Positions 9,134 through 19,072 of a stretch of DNA of 64,000 bases are shown one piece after another; position 1 is the first letter of the stretch, and each line of letters opens with the position of its first letter. The notes under the pieces were generated by a model. That model was not told the origin of the DNA. It saw only the letters and a program-made list of their open reading frames with translations, and made no database searches. The stretch covers positions 254,473-318,472 of the forward strand of contig CBDCXA010000005.1 of assembly GCA_965223605.1 (NCBI GenBank), read 5' to 3'. The translations under genes and the position numbers were made by a program. The stretch is from Nitrospirales bacterium. GTDB lineage: Bacteria > Nitrospirota > Nitrospiria > Nitrospirales > Nitrospiraceae.

Positions 9134-9278
9134 GTGCTATTGTAGCAACCCTAGCCGTAAGGGAACAATCATCTTCACAAACCCGACACGACAGCCCACT
9201 GAATGTTGCGACTCAAAATTGCTGCAAGGGGAAGGAGCTCTAACCCTGAGGAGACGACCTTTGAAATGCCAGATGGAG

Positions 9279-10925
9279 TTATGGAGAAGATGATGGGGCA
9301 GGGGATATGGATAAATCAGGTAGATCTTCCGAACTGCCTGCAGACGGCTTTGACTCCGATGGTTCTGGTTGGGATGATTCCGCAGCCTCTTCTTCTGCTG
9401 GGGCTTCTACCTTGGCCATAGTCTCCATCGGCTTCTCAGATGATTCACTCATCTCATTGTTCGAAGAGGACATGGGTTCTTCATTCGTTGACATCTCTGA
9501 CTCCATCATCTCCGGCTTGGAGTCCGAGGCAGAAGGGGTACTCGCTGGGGGTTCGGGATGGGTTATCAGATTGAGCGCTTCAGTCTTTGCACGTTTTGCA
9601 TCGAGGTCGAGATTTCCTTCTAATTCATACTTGGTCGGGTCCGCCGAGTAGAGAACAATTTCTACCCGTCGATTTTTTTGACGACCAGCCTCTTCTTCAT
9701 TACTGGCAATCGGAAGATAGGCCGCATAACCCATGTTGGAAATTCCTTTGGAATGCAATCCAGCTTCTTCTCGCAGAAATCGGACGACCTCAATAGCTCT
9801 TGCATTAGATAATTCCCAGTTGGTAGGAAATTTCCGTTGCAAGGTTGGACCGATTTCAACATTGTCCGTATGGCCTTCCACGCGAATATGTTTGTCTTGA
9901 ATCTCTTGAAGCGCCACCCCAACCTGCTGGAGAATCTTCACACCCTCCGGCTTAATTCTGGCTTCACCGCTATCAAACTCAATATGGTCAAGCAAGCCTT
10001 CCACAACCAATGTCTCATGGTCTCCCTCCTTGACGAATTCAAGGGGAGCAGGTTCTTCTTCCTCTGCTATAAGCAGTTCTTCTTCTGAAACAACCTCTTC
10101 TTCCATCTCGGGAATATCTTGAACCACTTCTTCCTGTCTTGGCATCGCTCGTTTAAAGACAAACTGGTCTCCACGTAGGAACGAAAAATTTGACTTGGTG
10201 ATGAGAGCGGAACTGGTATGTTCTCCCACCCGCAATACTTTGAGTTCCCCTAGTATTTTCTTGGGATGCCCTACACGTTGGCGAAAGACTTCTAGCACAT
10301 CTCCACGTTGCATGCCCTCCATCTGACCCCAATCAATGTGGACCACATGACTCTGAGCGATAAGAGTATGAGCGGGCGGAATATCGACCACTCTTCCTAC
10401 CATCCCCTCGGTTTTAATAAGGTCAGAACCCGGAACCGGCTCCTGCACCGTTAGAGGTTCAAATGGCATAAGGCTGTCACCCGGATGAATAGAGGAGTAG
10501 GATCTGTGGATCTTGACCATGGATGGGGTCTGATTCAGATCAACAACCTCAACCACACCCACGATTTTGAATAAATCTCCGAGTACTCGACTATCCATAG
10601 GGTGTGTTACTTCATGAACTTTTCGATAGATCGTAAACAACTCACCCGGTGCGACGCTTTCCCTATCACCAAAGGCGACATAGACCGCATCACCTCTTCC
10701 CAATAATCTTCTATTGCCAATGGTTTGATTATCACCGGTAATATGGCTTACCGCTCCAACCTTTGGTAACGAATCCGTAATGATCCCCGAAGAGTAGGCA
10801 AGGGCATCCTCACCATAATTCACGGTTTCGAGTTCCGCCCTGATGTCCTCGGCAGCCAACAGAGGACTTACACTCAGAGCAATGAAAAGAAAGGGCAACA
10901 AGGTGCGAATGATGTAGTTTTTCAT
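9279..10925 (-). CDS. OmpA/MotB-family peptidoglycan-associated protein with signal peptide
   Basis: Signal peptide MKNYIIRTLLPFLFIALSVSPLLAA. OmpA-like domain (VEGHTDNV...NWELSNARAIEVVRFL...NRRVEIVLY), then an acidic Ser/Glu/Pro-rich tail. Confidence 0.85.
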   Translation of the reverse strand: MKNYIIRTLLPFLFIALSVSPLLAAEDIRAELETVNYGEDALAYSSGIITDSLPKVGAVSHITGDNQTIGNRRLLGRGDAVYVAFGDRESVAPGELFTIYRKVHEVTHPMDSRVLGDLFKIVGVVEVVDLNQTPSMVKIHRSYSSIHPGDSLMPFEPLTVQEPVPGSDLIKTEGMVGRVVDIPPAHTLIAQSHVVHIDWGQMEGMQRGDVLEVFRQRVGHPKKILGELKVLRVGEHTSSALITKSNFSFLRGDQFVFKRAMPRQEEVVQDIPEMEEEVVSEEELLIAEEEEPAPLEFVKEGDHETLVVEGLLDHIEFDSGEARIKPEGVKILQQVGVALQEIQDKHIRVEGHTDNVEIGPTLQRKFPTNWELSNARAIEVVRFLREEAGLHSKGISNMGYAAYLPIASNEEEAGRQKNRRVEIVLYSADPTKYELEGNLDLDAKRAKTEALNLITHPEPPASTPSASDSKPEMMESEMSTNEEPMSSSNNEMSESSEKPMETMAKVEAPAEEEAAESSQPEPSESKPSAGSSEDLPDLSISPAPSSSP

Positions 10926-11053
10926 GGGTATCGTCTTCTCAAATTAATAAGAGAGGTATGAAAAAAACATAGCAAAAAAAGGTACATTGTCAAGGAACCA
11001 CCCTCTCCCAGATATGTTTGACAGGCTAATTTTCTGCTTGCTATGGTTTATCC

Positions 11054-11575
11054 ATGAATCGATCTAACCATATAAATTATTTAACGAAGTTGTTATCTGG
11101 TTTCCGGAACAGGTACTCCATCATTCTAAGCGTGGTTATCACGTTCACTCTTCACTTTACCAACCTGCCGGCGAGCATGGGAGGCCTGGTTCAGCTAGGA
11201 GAACACAACAAACAACACCTATTAGGGGTAGACTCCCAAAACTTAGGTAACTCTACGAGTATTGAGTCTATTCCAGATGAACCGGTCGAGTACGACCCCA
11301 AGGAAGTCAAGTCATATTATGACTGGAGAAATGACATGTTTTTCAGAGAGTTTGATTTAGAAGGTATGGGACGTGTAGATTTTATGACAGCCAGACGGAC
11401 TTACAAGGTATCACTAAACGAATATGGTAATTCCGTTGTGATGACCATGCCCTATCCTCTTTTCTATTGGGTTGATTCTAATAAGAATGGTAAATTCGAG
11501 CCTAAACTTGGTGAAATGTGGTCCGATCCCGAGGAAGACGGTGTCAATGGGAATGAAAATCTTTATGGTATTTAG
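11054..11575 (+). CDS. hypothetical protein (N-terminal hydrophobic segment)
   Basis: 173-aa ORF with one predicted N-terminal helix. No family recognised. Confidence 0.45.
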   Translation: MNRSNHINYLTKLLSGFRNRYSIILSVVITFTLHFTNLPASMGGLVQLGEHNKQHLLGVDSQNLGNSTSIESIPDEPVEYDPKEVKSYYDWRNDMFFREFDLEGMGRVDFMTARRTYKVSLNEYGNSVVMTMPYPLFYWVDSNKNGKFEPKLGEMWSDPEEDGVNGNENLYGI

Positions 11576-12076
11576 GGTGGGGCTTTGACCAGATATCATT
11601 GCATGAAAATAAGAATGTTATTAAAAAATTTATAATAATCAATAGCTTATATTAATGAACAACAAGTCCACCAAAAATAAGGAAACAAAAGGAACTCCCG
11701 ATATTCCACATCAGAGTTCCAAGAGAAGCGTCAGAACCCAAATCCATCGTCGAAACACAGTGAAGGCACAATCCCCACTTGAGTCTGAATGGGAGCATTC
11801 CTCTGGAACTACCCCCAAAAATCTTCGTATGCCTTCAGAAAATATGAAGAAATAGAACATCGAGTTTGATTTCCCATAAGAAGGCACCAAAGGTCTTATC
11901 AACCTGGAGTCCACACCTCCAAATCCCTTCCTCTCCTTACAGAAAAACCTTCGATTTATTATATACAAGCAAATGAAAAACTAGGACTTTTGGTCTATCT
12001 GGTTAGGTCCTTTGTGCGCTTGATTTAATGTGGTTCCTCGGCCTAGGATGACCGTTCTTGTTAACGTAGAGGAAAA

Positions 12077-12466
12077 GTGCTCATGGAAGGCACAGAACTC
12101 GCCTTTGAATATTTGTCGAGATATTCCGGCATTTTACTCTTTATTGCGATCGCCGGATTATTTGGAGTGGGCACGTTGCTCATCAGCTATTTCGTGCAAC
12201 CCAAATTTCCGGAAGCTGAAAAATTATCAACGTACGAATGTGGCAGTGAACCTTTTTCAGATGCCAGAATGCCCTTTCCCGTTCGGTATTATATTTTTGC
12301 CATGATGTTTGTGATTTTTGATATCGAGGTAATTTTTCTCTATCCCTGGGCCATTTCATTTAAAAAGATCGGCATTATTGGGTTAGTTGAAATGATGATT
12401 TTCATAGGACTTTTTGTGGTGGCTTATGTTTATGCTTGGCGCAAAGGGGCGTTGGAATGGGACTAA
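12077..12466 (+). CDS. nuoA: NADH-quinone oxidoreductase subunit A
   Basis: YECGSEPF and FDIEVIFLYPWA motifs. The start is GTG at 12077 or ATG at 12083. Confidence 0.9.
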   Translation: MLMEGTELAFEYLSRYSGILLFIAIAGLFGVGTLLISYFVQPKFPEAEKLSTYECGSEPFSDARMPFPVRYYIFAMMFVIFDIEVIFLYPWAISFKKIGIIGLVEMMIFIGLFVVAYVYAWRKGALEWD

Positions 12467-12556
12467 GGTCTGCCCTGTAGATGTTGGAGACGTTACCTGA
12501 TTGGCGATAGAGGCAGGTGAAAGTCTTACGGACCGTCATTTTTTAAAGGATAACCC

Positions 12557-13072
12557 ATGGGATTAATACAAATAGGGTCACATGAGAAAGACGGTGATGT
12601 GGATGTCATTACGACTACCATAGAAAAGGCCGTGAACTGGGCTCGGAAAGGGTCATTATGGCCGATGACCTTTGGACTCGCCTGTTGCGCCATTGAGATG
12701 ATCGCGGCCGTCTCATCTCGTTACGACATGGATCGATACGGTGCCGGCGTCTTTCGTGCCTCTCCCCGACAATCAGATTTAATGATTGTGGCAGGCACCG
12801 TCTGCCGGCGCATGGCACCTGTTATTCGGAAAATCTATGACCAAATGCCCGAACCCAAATATGTCATTGCCATGGGATCCTGTGCGACGTCCGGGAATAT
12901 CTATGACAGCTATAGTGTCGTGCAAGGCGTCGATCGTTTTGTGCCGGTGGATATCTATGTACCTGGATGTCCCCCCACTCCGGAAGCTTTATTTGACGGC
13001 ATCTTGAAGTTGCAAGACCGTATCATGGAAAAACGCGTATTTTTAAAGCAACCCAAGGAAGTACGAGCGTAA
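12557..13072 (+). CDS. nuoB: NADH-quinone oxidoreductase subunit B
   Basis: [17 protein letters not shown] and PGCPP cluster-N2 motifs. Confidence 0.95.
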   Translation: MGLIQIGSHEKDGDVDVITTTIEKAVNWARKGSLWPMTFGLACCAIEMIAAVSSRYDMDRYGAGVFRASPRQSDLMIVAGTVCRRMAPVIRKIYDQMPEPKYVIAMGSCATSGNIYDSYSVVQGVDRFVPVDIYVPGCPPTPEALFDGILKLQDRIMEKRVFLKQPKEVRA

Positions 13073-13078
13073 ATATTC

Positions 13079-13576
13079 ATGCATCTCTTAGCCGAACGCA
13101 TCCAGCAGGAATTTCCGCAAGCCTTCATCAAGGCAGTGGAATGGCGCGGTGATGTCGCGGTAACTGTTCAACGTGACGCACTCCATGATGTCGCTACCTT
13201 TCTTCGTCGTGATTCAGAAATGGACTTCGATTATATCGTCCACGTCAGTTCAGTAGATTGGCCCGATGACGAAGAACGATTTGAGGTCGTTTATGAATTG
13301 TATTCTATACGGCACAAACAACGAATTCGGCTCAAGGCGCGCGTCCCGGAACAAGATTGTACCGTCACCTCTCTGACCGATCTGTGGAAGGGTGCGGATT
13401 ACATGGAGCGGGAAGTCTATGACATGATGGGCATCCGCTTTTTGAACCATCCCGATCTTCGACGAATTCTTATGCCTGATGATTATGATGAAGGCTATCC
13501 CTTACGCAAAGACTTTCCGCTAAGAGGCAAGGGGTGGCGGGATACCTTCGACTTTCTTGATGAACCCAGTCAGTAA
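13079..13576 (+). CDS. nuoC: NADH-quinone oxidoreductase subunit C
   Basis: 165 aa. ERFEVVYELYS and EREVYDMMGIRF are typical of the 30-kDa subunit. Confidence 0.9.
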   Translation: MHLLAERIQQEFPQAFIKAVEWRGDVAVTVQRDALHDVATFLRRDSEMDFDYIVHVSSVDWPDDEERFEVVYELYSIRHKQRIRLKARVPEQDCTVTSLTDLWKGADYMEREVYDMMGIRFLNHPDLRRILMPDDYDEGYPLRKDFPLRGKGWRDTFDFLDEPSQ

Positions 13577-13619
13577 CAAACAGGCGGGCTACCTGACCGT
13601 GGAGGCAGAATAGAACAGC

Positions 13620-14882
13620 ATGGAACGCGGACCAAAACCCTTTGAAGACCAGCGGACGACGATATATAAAGTCGATCCCGAGAATCCAGAGAGTCCGACC
13701 CTTCCGACTCTCCGCACGGAAGAACTTCTCCTCAACATGGGGCCACAACATCCGAGTACCCACGGTGTGCTCAAGGTCGTGCTCGAGCTGGAAGGGGAAC
13801 GATTGGTCAAATCCACCCCAGTCTTGGGGTTTCTACATCGGGGAGTGGAGAAATTAGCGGAAGATGGAACCTACCACCAGTTTATTCCCCACACCGATCG
13901 TCTCGATTATGTCTGCGCCATGTACAACAACTTTGCCTATTGTCGAGCCGTTGAAAAACTCATGGACATCACAGTCCCTGAACGCGCTGAATACTTACGC
14001 ACCATCGTCGCCGAAATACAACGGATCATCGGTCATCAATTCTGGTTAGGGACACAAGCCTTGGATATCGGGGCTATGACGGTTTTTTTCTATACCTTCC
14101 GAGATCGAGAAATTTTACTCGATTGGTTCGACGAATTATGCGGGGCACGACTGACCACAAGTTGGTATCGAATCGGCGGGGTCGAACGTGACTTCACTCC
14201 CTCTCTCCTTTCCAAAGTTCGGGCCTTTATCGATTATTTGCCAAGTAAGATTGACGAATATCAGGTCTTTTTAGAGAAAAATAGAATTTGGTTAGGACGA
14301 ACCAAGGGGGTGGCGGTGATTTCGGCAGAAGATGCCTTAAGCTTTGGCTTAAGTGGTCCAACACTTCGAGGCTCTGGCGTTGATTATGATTTACGGAAAT
14401 ACGAACCCTATAGCGCCTATGGCAAATGTGAATTCAGCGTGCCGATTGGGAAAAACGGAGATACCTATGACCGCTATTGGATTCGCATTATGGAGATGTA
14501 CGAGAGCGTCAAAATCATTCGTCAATGCCTAGAACAAATGCCGGAGGAAGGGCCAATCATGGCCGACGTGCCTAGTGTGACGTTCCCGCCAAAAGAACGC
14601 GTCTTCACAAACCTAGAAAGTATGATTCAACAATTTAAGCTCTTTTCCCAAGGATTTGATGCCCCACCTGGGGAAATTTATTGCGGCACCGAAGCCCACA
14701 AGGGAGAACTCGGGTTTTATATTGTGAGCACCGGAGGCGGAAAACCCTATCGATTAAAAATCCGAGCCCCTTCCTTTATACATATGGGAGCTTTTGACCA
14801 TATGGCGCGTGGCTATATGATTGCCGATGCCGTCACGATTTTCGGAACGTACGATATTGTGATGGGAGAATGTGACCGGTAG
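13620..14882 (+). CDS. nuoD: NADH-quinone oxidoreductase subunit D
   Basis: 420 aa. LNMGPQHPSTHGVL and the C-terminal DIVMGECDR. Confidence 0.95.
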   Translation: MERGPKPFEDQRTTIYKVDPENPESPTLPTLRTEELLLNMGPQHPSTHGVLKVVLELEGERLVKSTPVLGFLHRGVEKLAEDGTYHQFIPHTDRLDYVCAMYNNFAYCRAVEKLMDITVPERAEYLRTIVAEIQRIIGHQFWLGTQALDIGAMTVFFYTFRDREILLDWFDELCGARLTTSWYRIGGVERDFTPSLLSKVRAFIDYLPSKIDEYQVFLEKNRIWLGRTKGVAVISAEDALSFGLSGPTLRGSGVDYDLRKYEPYSAYGKCEFSVPIGKNGDTYDRYWIRIMEMYESVKIIRQCLEQMPEEGPIMADVPSVTFPPKERVFTNLESMIQQFKLFSQGFDAPPGEIYCGTEAHKGELGFYIVSTGGGKPYRLKIRAPSFIHMGAFDHMARGYMIADAVTIFGTYDIVMGECDR

Positions 14883-14921
14883 GATGACCGACTCACGTAT
14901 TTTGTTGTTGAGGTTAGACTT

Positions 14922-17636
14922 ATGGCATTGAAACCCGTGACGACCCCCGATGCGGAGGTCGCCTCCATTGAGTTATCGATTGATGGACAAACTCTGTCTG
15001 CGAAAGACGGAGTGTCGCTCTATGACGTAATCTCTACGACCGGAAAAGTCGTCCCGGCCATGTGTTACCACTACACCTTCGATCCCTTTGGTTCCTGTGG
15101 TATGTGTCTCGTCATGGTCGAAGGGAAAAAGGCACCGGTTCGCTCATGCACAGCTAAAGCGACCGCCGGGATGGTGGTCCGCACCGAAGGCGATGACTTG
15201 TTTGCTGCCAGAAAAAAGGCCGTTGAAAAACACCTTTCCGTCCATCCCCTTGATTGCCCAGTCTGTGATGCCGATGGCCATTGTGAACTCCAAGACATGG
15301 CGTTTAAACATGAGGTCACCAATTTAGCCAATGCCAAACAGAAATTAATTCCTGAAGATACCAGAAGTCTCGTTCTTGACTTCAACATGAACCGCTGTAT
15401 CGCCTGCGCGGAATGTATCAATATTTGTAAAGACGTCTTGATGATCGATGCCCTGCAATTTATGAAAAAGGGCGGGTTTAACCAAGTCGTCCCCAAAGGC
15501 GATCAACCTCTCTCCTGCGAATTTTGCGGCGACTGCCTGGCGGTCTGCCCTGTCGGAGCGATTACGAATAAATATTCCAAGTACCTCTATAAACCTTGGC
15601 AGCTGAAGAAAACGACCACCACCTGTAACTATTGTGGGGACGGCTGTCAGATGATCTTGGAAACCAAAGATACCGAAGTGGTACGAGTCACTTCCACACT
15701 GTCCTGGAAAAATAAGTGGGGAGAGCGGACGGACACCGCCCAAGGGCACGGTGGCATTTGTGTCCGCGGCCGATTTGGATTTCAACACCTGGATAGTTCC
15801 GCACGACTCACCCAACCCCTGAAACGCGAAAAAGGTGAACTGGTTGAGGTCGCCTGGCTTGACGCAGTCCAAAGTATTATTGATCAATTGACCGCCATAA
15901 AAGAGACCCATGGCCCGCAGGCCATAGCGGGACTGATCACCGCTCGTTGTACCAACGAAGAACTCTATCTTTTCCAAAAATTCATGCGGGTGGCCATCGG
16001 CAGTAATCATATTGATAGTAGTGCACGCTATGGCCATATGAATTTTGTCCATGCCATGCAGAAAGCCATTGGCATCGGACGCTCTCAGAATAGTTGGGAA
16101 GATATTACCAAGGCCAAAGCCATTCTCCTGGTCGGTTCAAATATTACGGAGACCAATCCCCTGACAGCCGTCCGTATCAAGGAAGCCATTCGCGTCTATA
16201 AAGCTCAGGTGATGGTCGTCGACTCGGCCCAGTCCCCCATCTCTCAACTGGCCTCACACCCCATCCTCGTCCGCCCGGGAACGGAATCGCTCTTGGTGCA
16301 AGGCCTAGTGAAAACCACCATTGAACAAGACCTGGTTGACCGGGAGGTGGTGAATAAACATCCTGAGGCTTTTGCCTCCCTGCAAAAGGCTGTGGGACAA
16401 ATCTCGTGGGACAGCATTACCAACATGACCGGAATCAACGAACAGGTTCTCAAAGAAACTGCTGCTATTTTTGCTGAAGCCCCTCAAGCAGTCATTATCT
16501 GCGGAGAAGGTATCGTTCGCCAGAGAGAGGGATTTGACCATGTGTTGGATCTTGTGGATCTGGCCTGGATTACCGGAAAGCTCGGAAAACCAGGATGCGG
16601 CATTAATACCGTTACGGAAGAAGTGAACGAACAGGGTGCGGTGGATATGGGCGTGTCTCCGGAATTTCTTCCGGGTCAAGTGCGCTTTAACGACCCCGAA
16701 GCCAGAAATAAATTCACGCGGGGGTGGGACACCGAACTTCCACCGGTAAACAGTGGCGCCTCCCTGATGAAAATACTCCAGCAATGTCAGACGGGAGAAA
16801 TCAAAGCCCTGTATCTCATTGGGGAAAATCCCCTGGCCACACTCCCCAGTTCCTTTAATGTCCAAGCTGCCCTTGAAGGAGTCGAGCTCCTGATCTGCCA
16901 GGATCCCTTTCTCACGGAAACCGGGAAGCTGGCACATTATGTCCTTCCGGCCTGTACCTATGCGGAAAAGAACGGGACCTTTACTAACTTAGAAGGGAAG
17001 GTTTTACGTATTCGTGAATCGATGGATCCCCTAGGGGAGAGCCTGCCGGATTGGCACATCCTGACGGCCATAACCAATGGGTTAGGGTACCCCTTGGAAT
17101 ATGAATCATCCCAAGATATTCAGAATGAAATCATGAAAGTCCTTCCGGGATACTATAACCTGGGACAACCCCGCGCGGTGACTCCAAATCCAAACCCGTA
17201 TCTCTCGAATGGGTATAGCCGGGATGTCGCCGTTCGCTATCACGCAACAGGGGAACGTCTGAAATCGGAACTTTCACAAGCGACGGGCAGTGAAGAATTT
17301 CGTCTCGTGATGGGCCAGGAACTCTATCATTCCGGAAAAATGTCAACACAAGCCTCGGGCTTGATAAAAATTACTTCCCACGTGGGTAGTTTGCATATGA
17401 ATGTCGAAGACTTAGAGCGGTTAGGCCTACAGGAGGGTCAGAAGGTGCGCGTGACAACTGAGAAAGGATCTCTGGTCCTTCCCGTCACTCCCAACCTCTC
17501 CATGCGTCCAGGATTATGTTTTTTCCCAGAACATTTCAATACCCCTCCGGTCAAAGATCTCATGCCGCTGGAAGTGGATTCCAAAACGGGTGTCCCCTAT
17601 TTCAAGTTGGGCACCGTGTCTCTGGAGAAGGCCTGA
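14922..17636 (+). CDS. nuoG: NADH-quinone oxidoreductase subunit G-like (2Fe-2S, 4Fe-4S clusters plus molybdopterin-oxidoreductase fold)
   Basis: 904 aa. 2Fe-2S Cys pattern (CYHY..CGMC..SC), HPLDCPVCDADGHCELQD (N5-type), CIACAEC..C and CEFCGDCLAVCP, then CNYCGDGC..C and RCTNEELY of the molybdopterin domain. Confidence 0.9.
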   Translation: MALKPVTTPDAEVASIELSIDGQTLSAKDGVSLYDVISTTGKVVPAMCYHYTFDPFGSCGMCLVMVEGKKAPVRSCTAKATAGMVVRTEGDDLFAARKKAVEKHLSVHPLDCPVCDADGHCELQDMAFKHEVTNLANAKQKLIPEDTRSLVLDFNMNRCIACAECINICKDVLMIDALQFMKKGGFNQVVPKGDQPLSCEFCGDCLAVCPVGAITNKYSKYLYKPWQLKKTTTTCNYCGDGCQMILETKDTEVVRVTSTLSWKNKWGERTDTAQGHGGICVRGRFGFQHLDSSARLTQPLKREKGELVEVAWLDAVQSIIDQLTAIKETHGPQAIAGLITARCTNEELYLFQKFMRVAIGSNHIDSSARYGHMNFVHAMQKAIGIGRSQNSWEDITKAKAILLVGSNITETNPLTAVRIKEAIRVYKAQVMVVDSAQSPISQLASHPILVRPGTESLLVQGLVKTTIEQDLVDREVVNKHPEAFASLQKAVGQISWDSITNMTGINEQVLKETAAIFAEAPQAVIICGEGIVRQREGFDHVLDLVDLAWITGKLGKPGCGINTVTEEVNEQGAVDMGVSPEFLPGQVRFNDPEARNKFTRGWDTELPPVNSGASLMKILQQCQTGEIKALYLIGENPLATLPSSFNVQAALEGVELLICQDPFLTETGKLAHYVLPACTYAEKNGTFTNLEGKVLRIRESMDPLGESLPDWHILTAITNGLGYPLEYESSQDIQNEIMKVLPGYYNLGQPRAVTPNPNPYLSNGYSRDVAVRYHATGERLKSELSQATGSEEFRLVMGQELYHSGKMSTQASGLIKITSHVGSLHMNVEDLERLGLQEGQKVRVTTEKGSLVLPVTPNLSMRPGLCFFPEHFNTPPVKDLMPLEVDSKTGVPYFKLGTVSLEKA

Positions 17637-17660
17637 AAAAAGGGAAGGTAGGAAATTCTA

Positions 17661-18224
17661 ATGGGCGATGGCGTGAAAAAAATACTCGATGCGATGATGT
17701 TCCGCGAAATTTGGGATGCCATGAAGGTGACCTTCAAGCATATGTTCTATCGCCCCATTACCTTCCAATACCCGAGAGAAGAACGAACCCTACCCGACAC
17801 ACACCGAGGAGCCTTGGGTCTCCTTCGATACGACGATGGCGTGGAACGTTGTGTGGGTTGCGACCTTTGCGAAGTGGCCTGTCCGTCGCATTGTATCAAG
17901 GTCATTAGTGAGGAAGATCAATCGCTGCCGCTTCAACGCTACGCGAAAGAGTTTTATATCGATATTACCAAATGCGTATTCTGCGGATATTGTGTGGAAG
18001 CCTGTCCCGTCAATGCGCTCGCTATGACCAAAATGTATGAATATTCAACCCACGATAAACGTACCTTACTCTTTGACAAGGCCCGACTCTACGATATTGG
18101 CGAACGACATTTAGACGATGCGAAAAAATACCTGTACGCCCATAATCAAGAAAAAGATGAACAAGCAAGCCATGACTATCGCTACTTTTTCCCACAATCC
18201 ATCAGCAAAAGTAAGTCCACGTAA
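17661..18224 (+). CDS. nuoI: NADH-quinone oxidoreductase subunit I
   Basis: Two ferredoxin-type motifs: CVGCDLCEVACP and CVFCGYCVEACP. Confidence 0.95.
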   Translation: MGDGVKKILDAMMFREIWDAMKVTFKHMFYRPITFQYPREERTLPDTHRGALGLLRYDDGVERCVGCDLCEVACPSHCIKVISEEDQSLPLQRYAKEFYIDITKCVFCGYCVEACPVNALAMTKMYEYSTHDKRTLLFDKARLYDIGERHLDDAKKYLYAHNQEKDEQASHDYRYFFPQSISKSKST

Positions 18225-18230
18225 AACGCT

Positions 18231-18764
18231 ATGATGCCTGTATTTTTTGCCTATTTTTCCCTCATGAGTATGATCACGGGTGTGCTCACCGTGGGCCTGA
18301 AAAATCCGGTCCATTGCGGCATTGCCTTGCTTGCACTCCTTTTACATGTTTCGGGACTCTTCTTAATGCTGAACGCCGAATTTATTTGGGCCGTTCAAGT
18401 CATCGTGTATGCCGGTGCCATTCTCGTGTTGTACCTCTTCGTCCTCATGCTGCTGAATTTAAAAACCGTCGAAGGCTATTTTCATAAACATGTGGTCTAT
18501 TTTTTGATCCCCGCCTGTCTCGGGACCTTGTATATCGTGGGACTCTTGGTGATGACCCCCTTTGAAGGCGAGAAGGGGACCACAACAGCAGACATGGTTG
18601 TTTCAAGTGGCAGCACCTTTTCCATCGGCATAAAAATGTTTAGTGAATATTTGCTCCAGTTTGAAATCGTCGGTGTCTTCCTTCTGGGAGCCATCATTGG
18701 AGCGATTGTACTGGCAAAGACCCCCCAGCAAACGGACGAACCGGTAGAACGGACAAAGCCATAA
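18231..18764 (+). CDS. nuoJ: NADH-quinone oxidoreductase subunit J
   Basis: 177-aa membrane protein. NAEFIWAVQVIVYAGAILVLYLFVLMLL is typical of NuoJ. Confidence 0.9.
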   Translation: MMPVFFAYFSLMSMITGVLTVGLKNPVHCGIALLALLLHVSGLFLMLNAEFIWAVQVIVYAGAILVLYLFVLMLLNLKTVEGYFHKHVVYFLIPACLGTLYIVGLLVMTPFEGEKGTTTADMVVSSGSTFSIGIKMFSEYLLQFEIVGVFLLGAIIGAIVLAKTPQQTDEPVERTKP

Positions 18765-18768
18765 CTCC

Positions 18769-19071
18769 ATGATTCCTCTTTCAGCCTATATCGCAGTCAG
18801 TACAGTGCTTTTTGCGACAGGACTGGTCGGTGTGTTGATACGTCGAAATTTCATTATCGTGCTGATGTCAGTTGAAATTATGCTGAATGCCGCCAATATC
18901 AACCTGGTGGCCTTTTCCTACTACCTCGACTCGATGGCCGGACAAATTGTGGCTCTTTTTGTCATTGCGATCGCGGCGGGGGAAGCCGCTGTCGGATTGG
19001 CCATTATTATTGTGGTGTTCAGAGGAAAAATATCCACCAATGTGGATGAAATGAATTTTTTGAAGTGGTAA
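18769..19071 (+). CDS. nuoK: NADH-quinone oxidoreductase subunit K
   Basis: 100 aa with the SVEIMLNAANINLVAF and AAGEAAVGLAI motifs. Confidence 0.95.
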   Translation: MIPLSAYIAVSTVLFATGLVGVLIRRNFIIVLMSVEIMLNAANINLVAFSYYLDSMAGQIVALFVIAIAAGEAAVGLAIIIVVFRGKISTNVDEMNFLKW

Positions 19072-19072
19072 C

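Noticed and set aside
11655-11855. 66-aa highly basic ORF in the nuoA upstream spacer
   Set aside because: It has low-complexity Lys/Ser/Thr composition in an AT-rich region, no convincing SD and no family match. I kept it only as a remark in a finding.
15345-16052. 235-aa minus-strand ORF inside nuoG (also 15071-15496 and 16305-16937)
   Set aside because: These are antisense to a gene with unambiguous Fe-S and molybdopterin-fold motifs, and they have no family resemblance.
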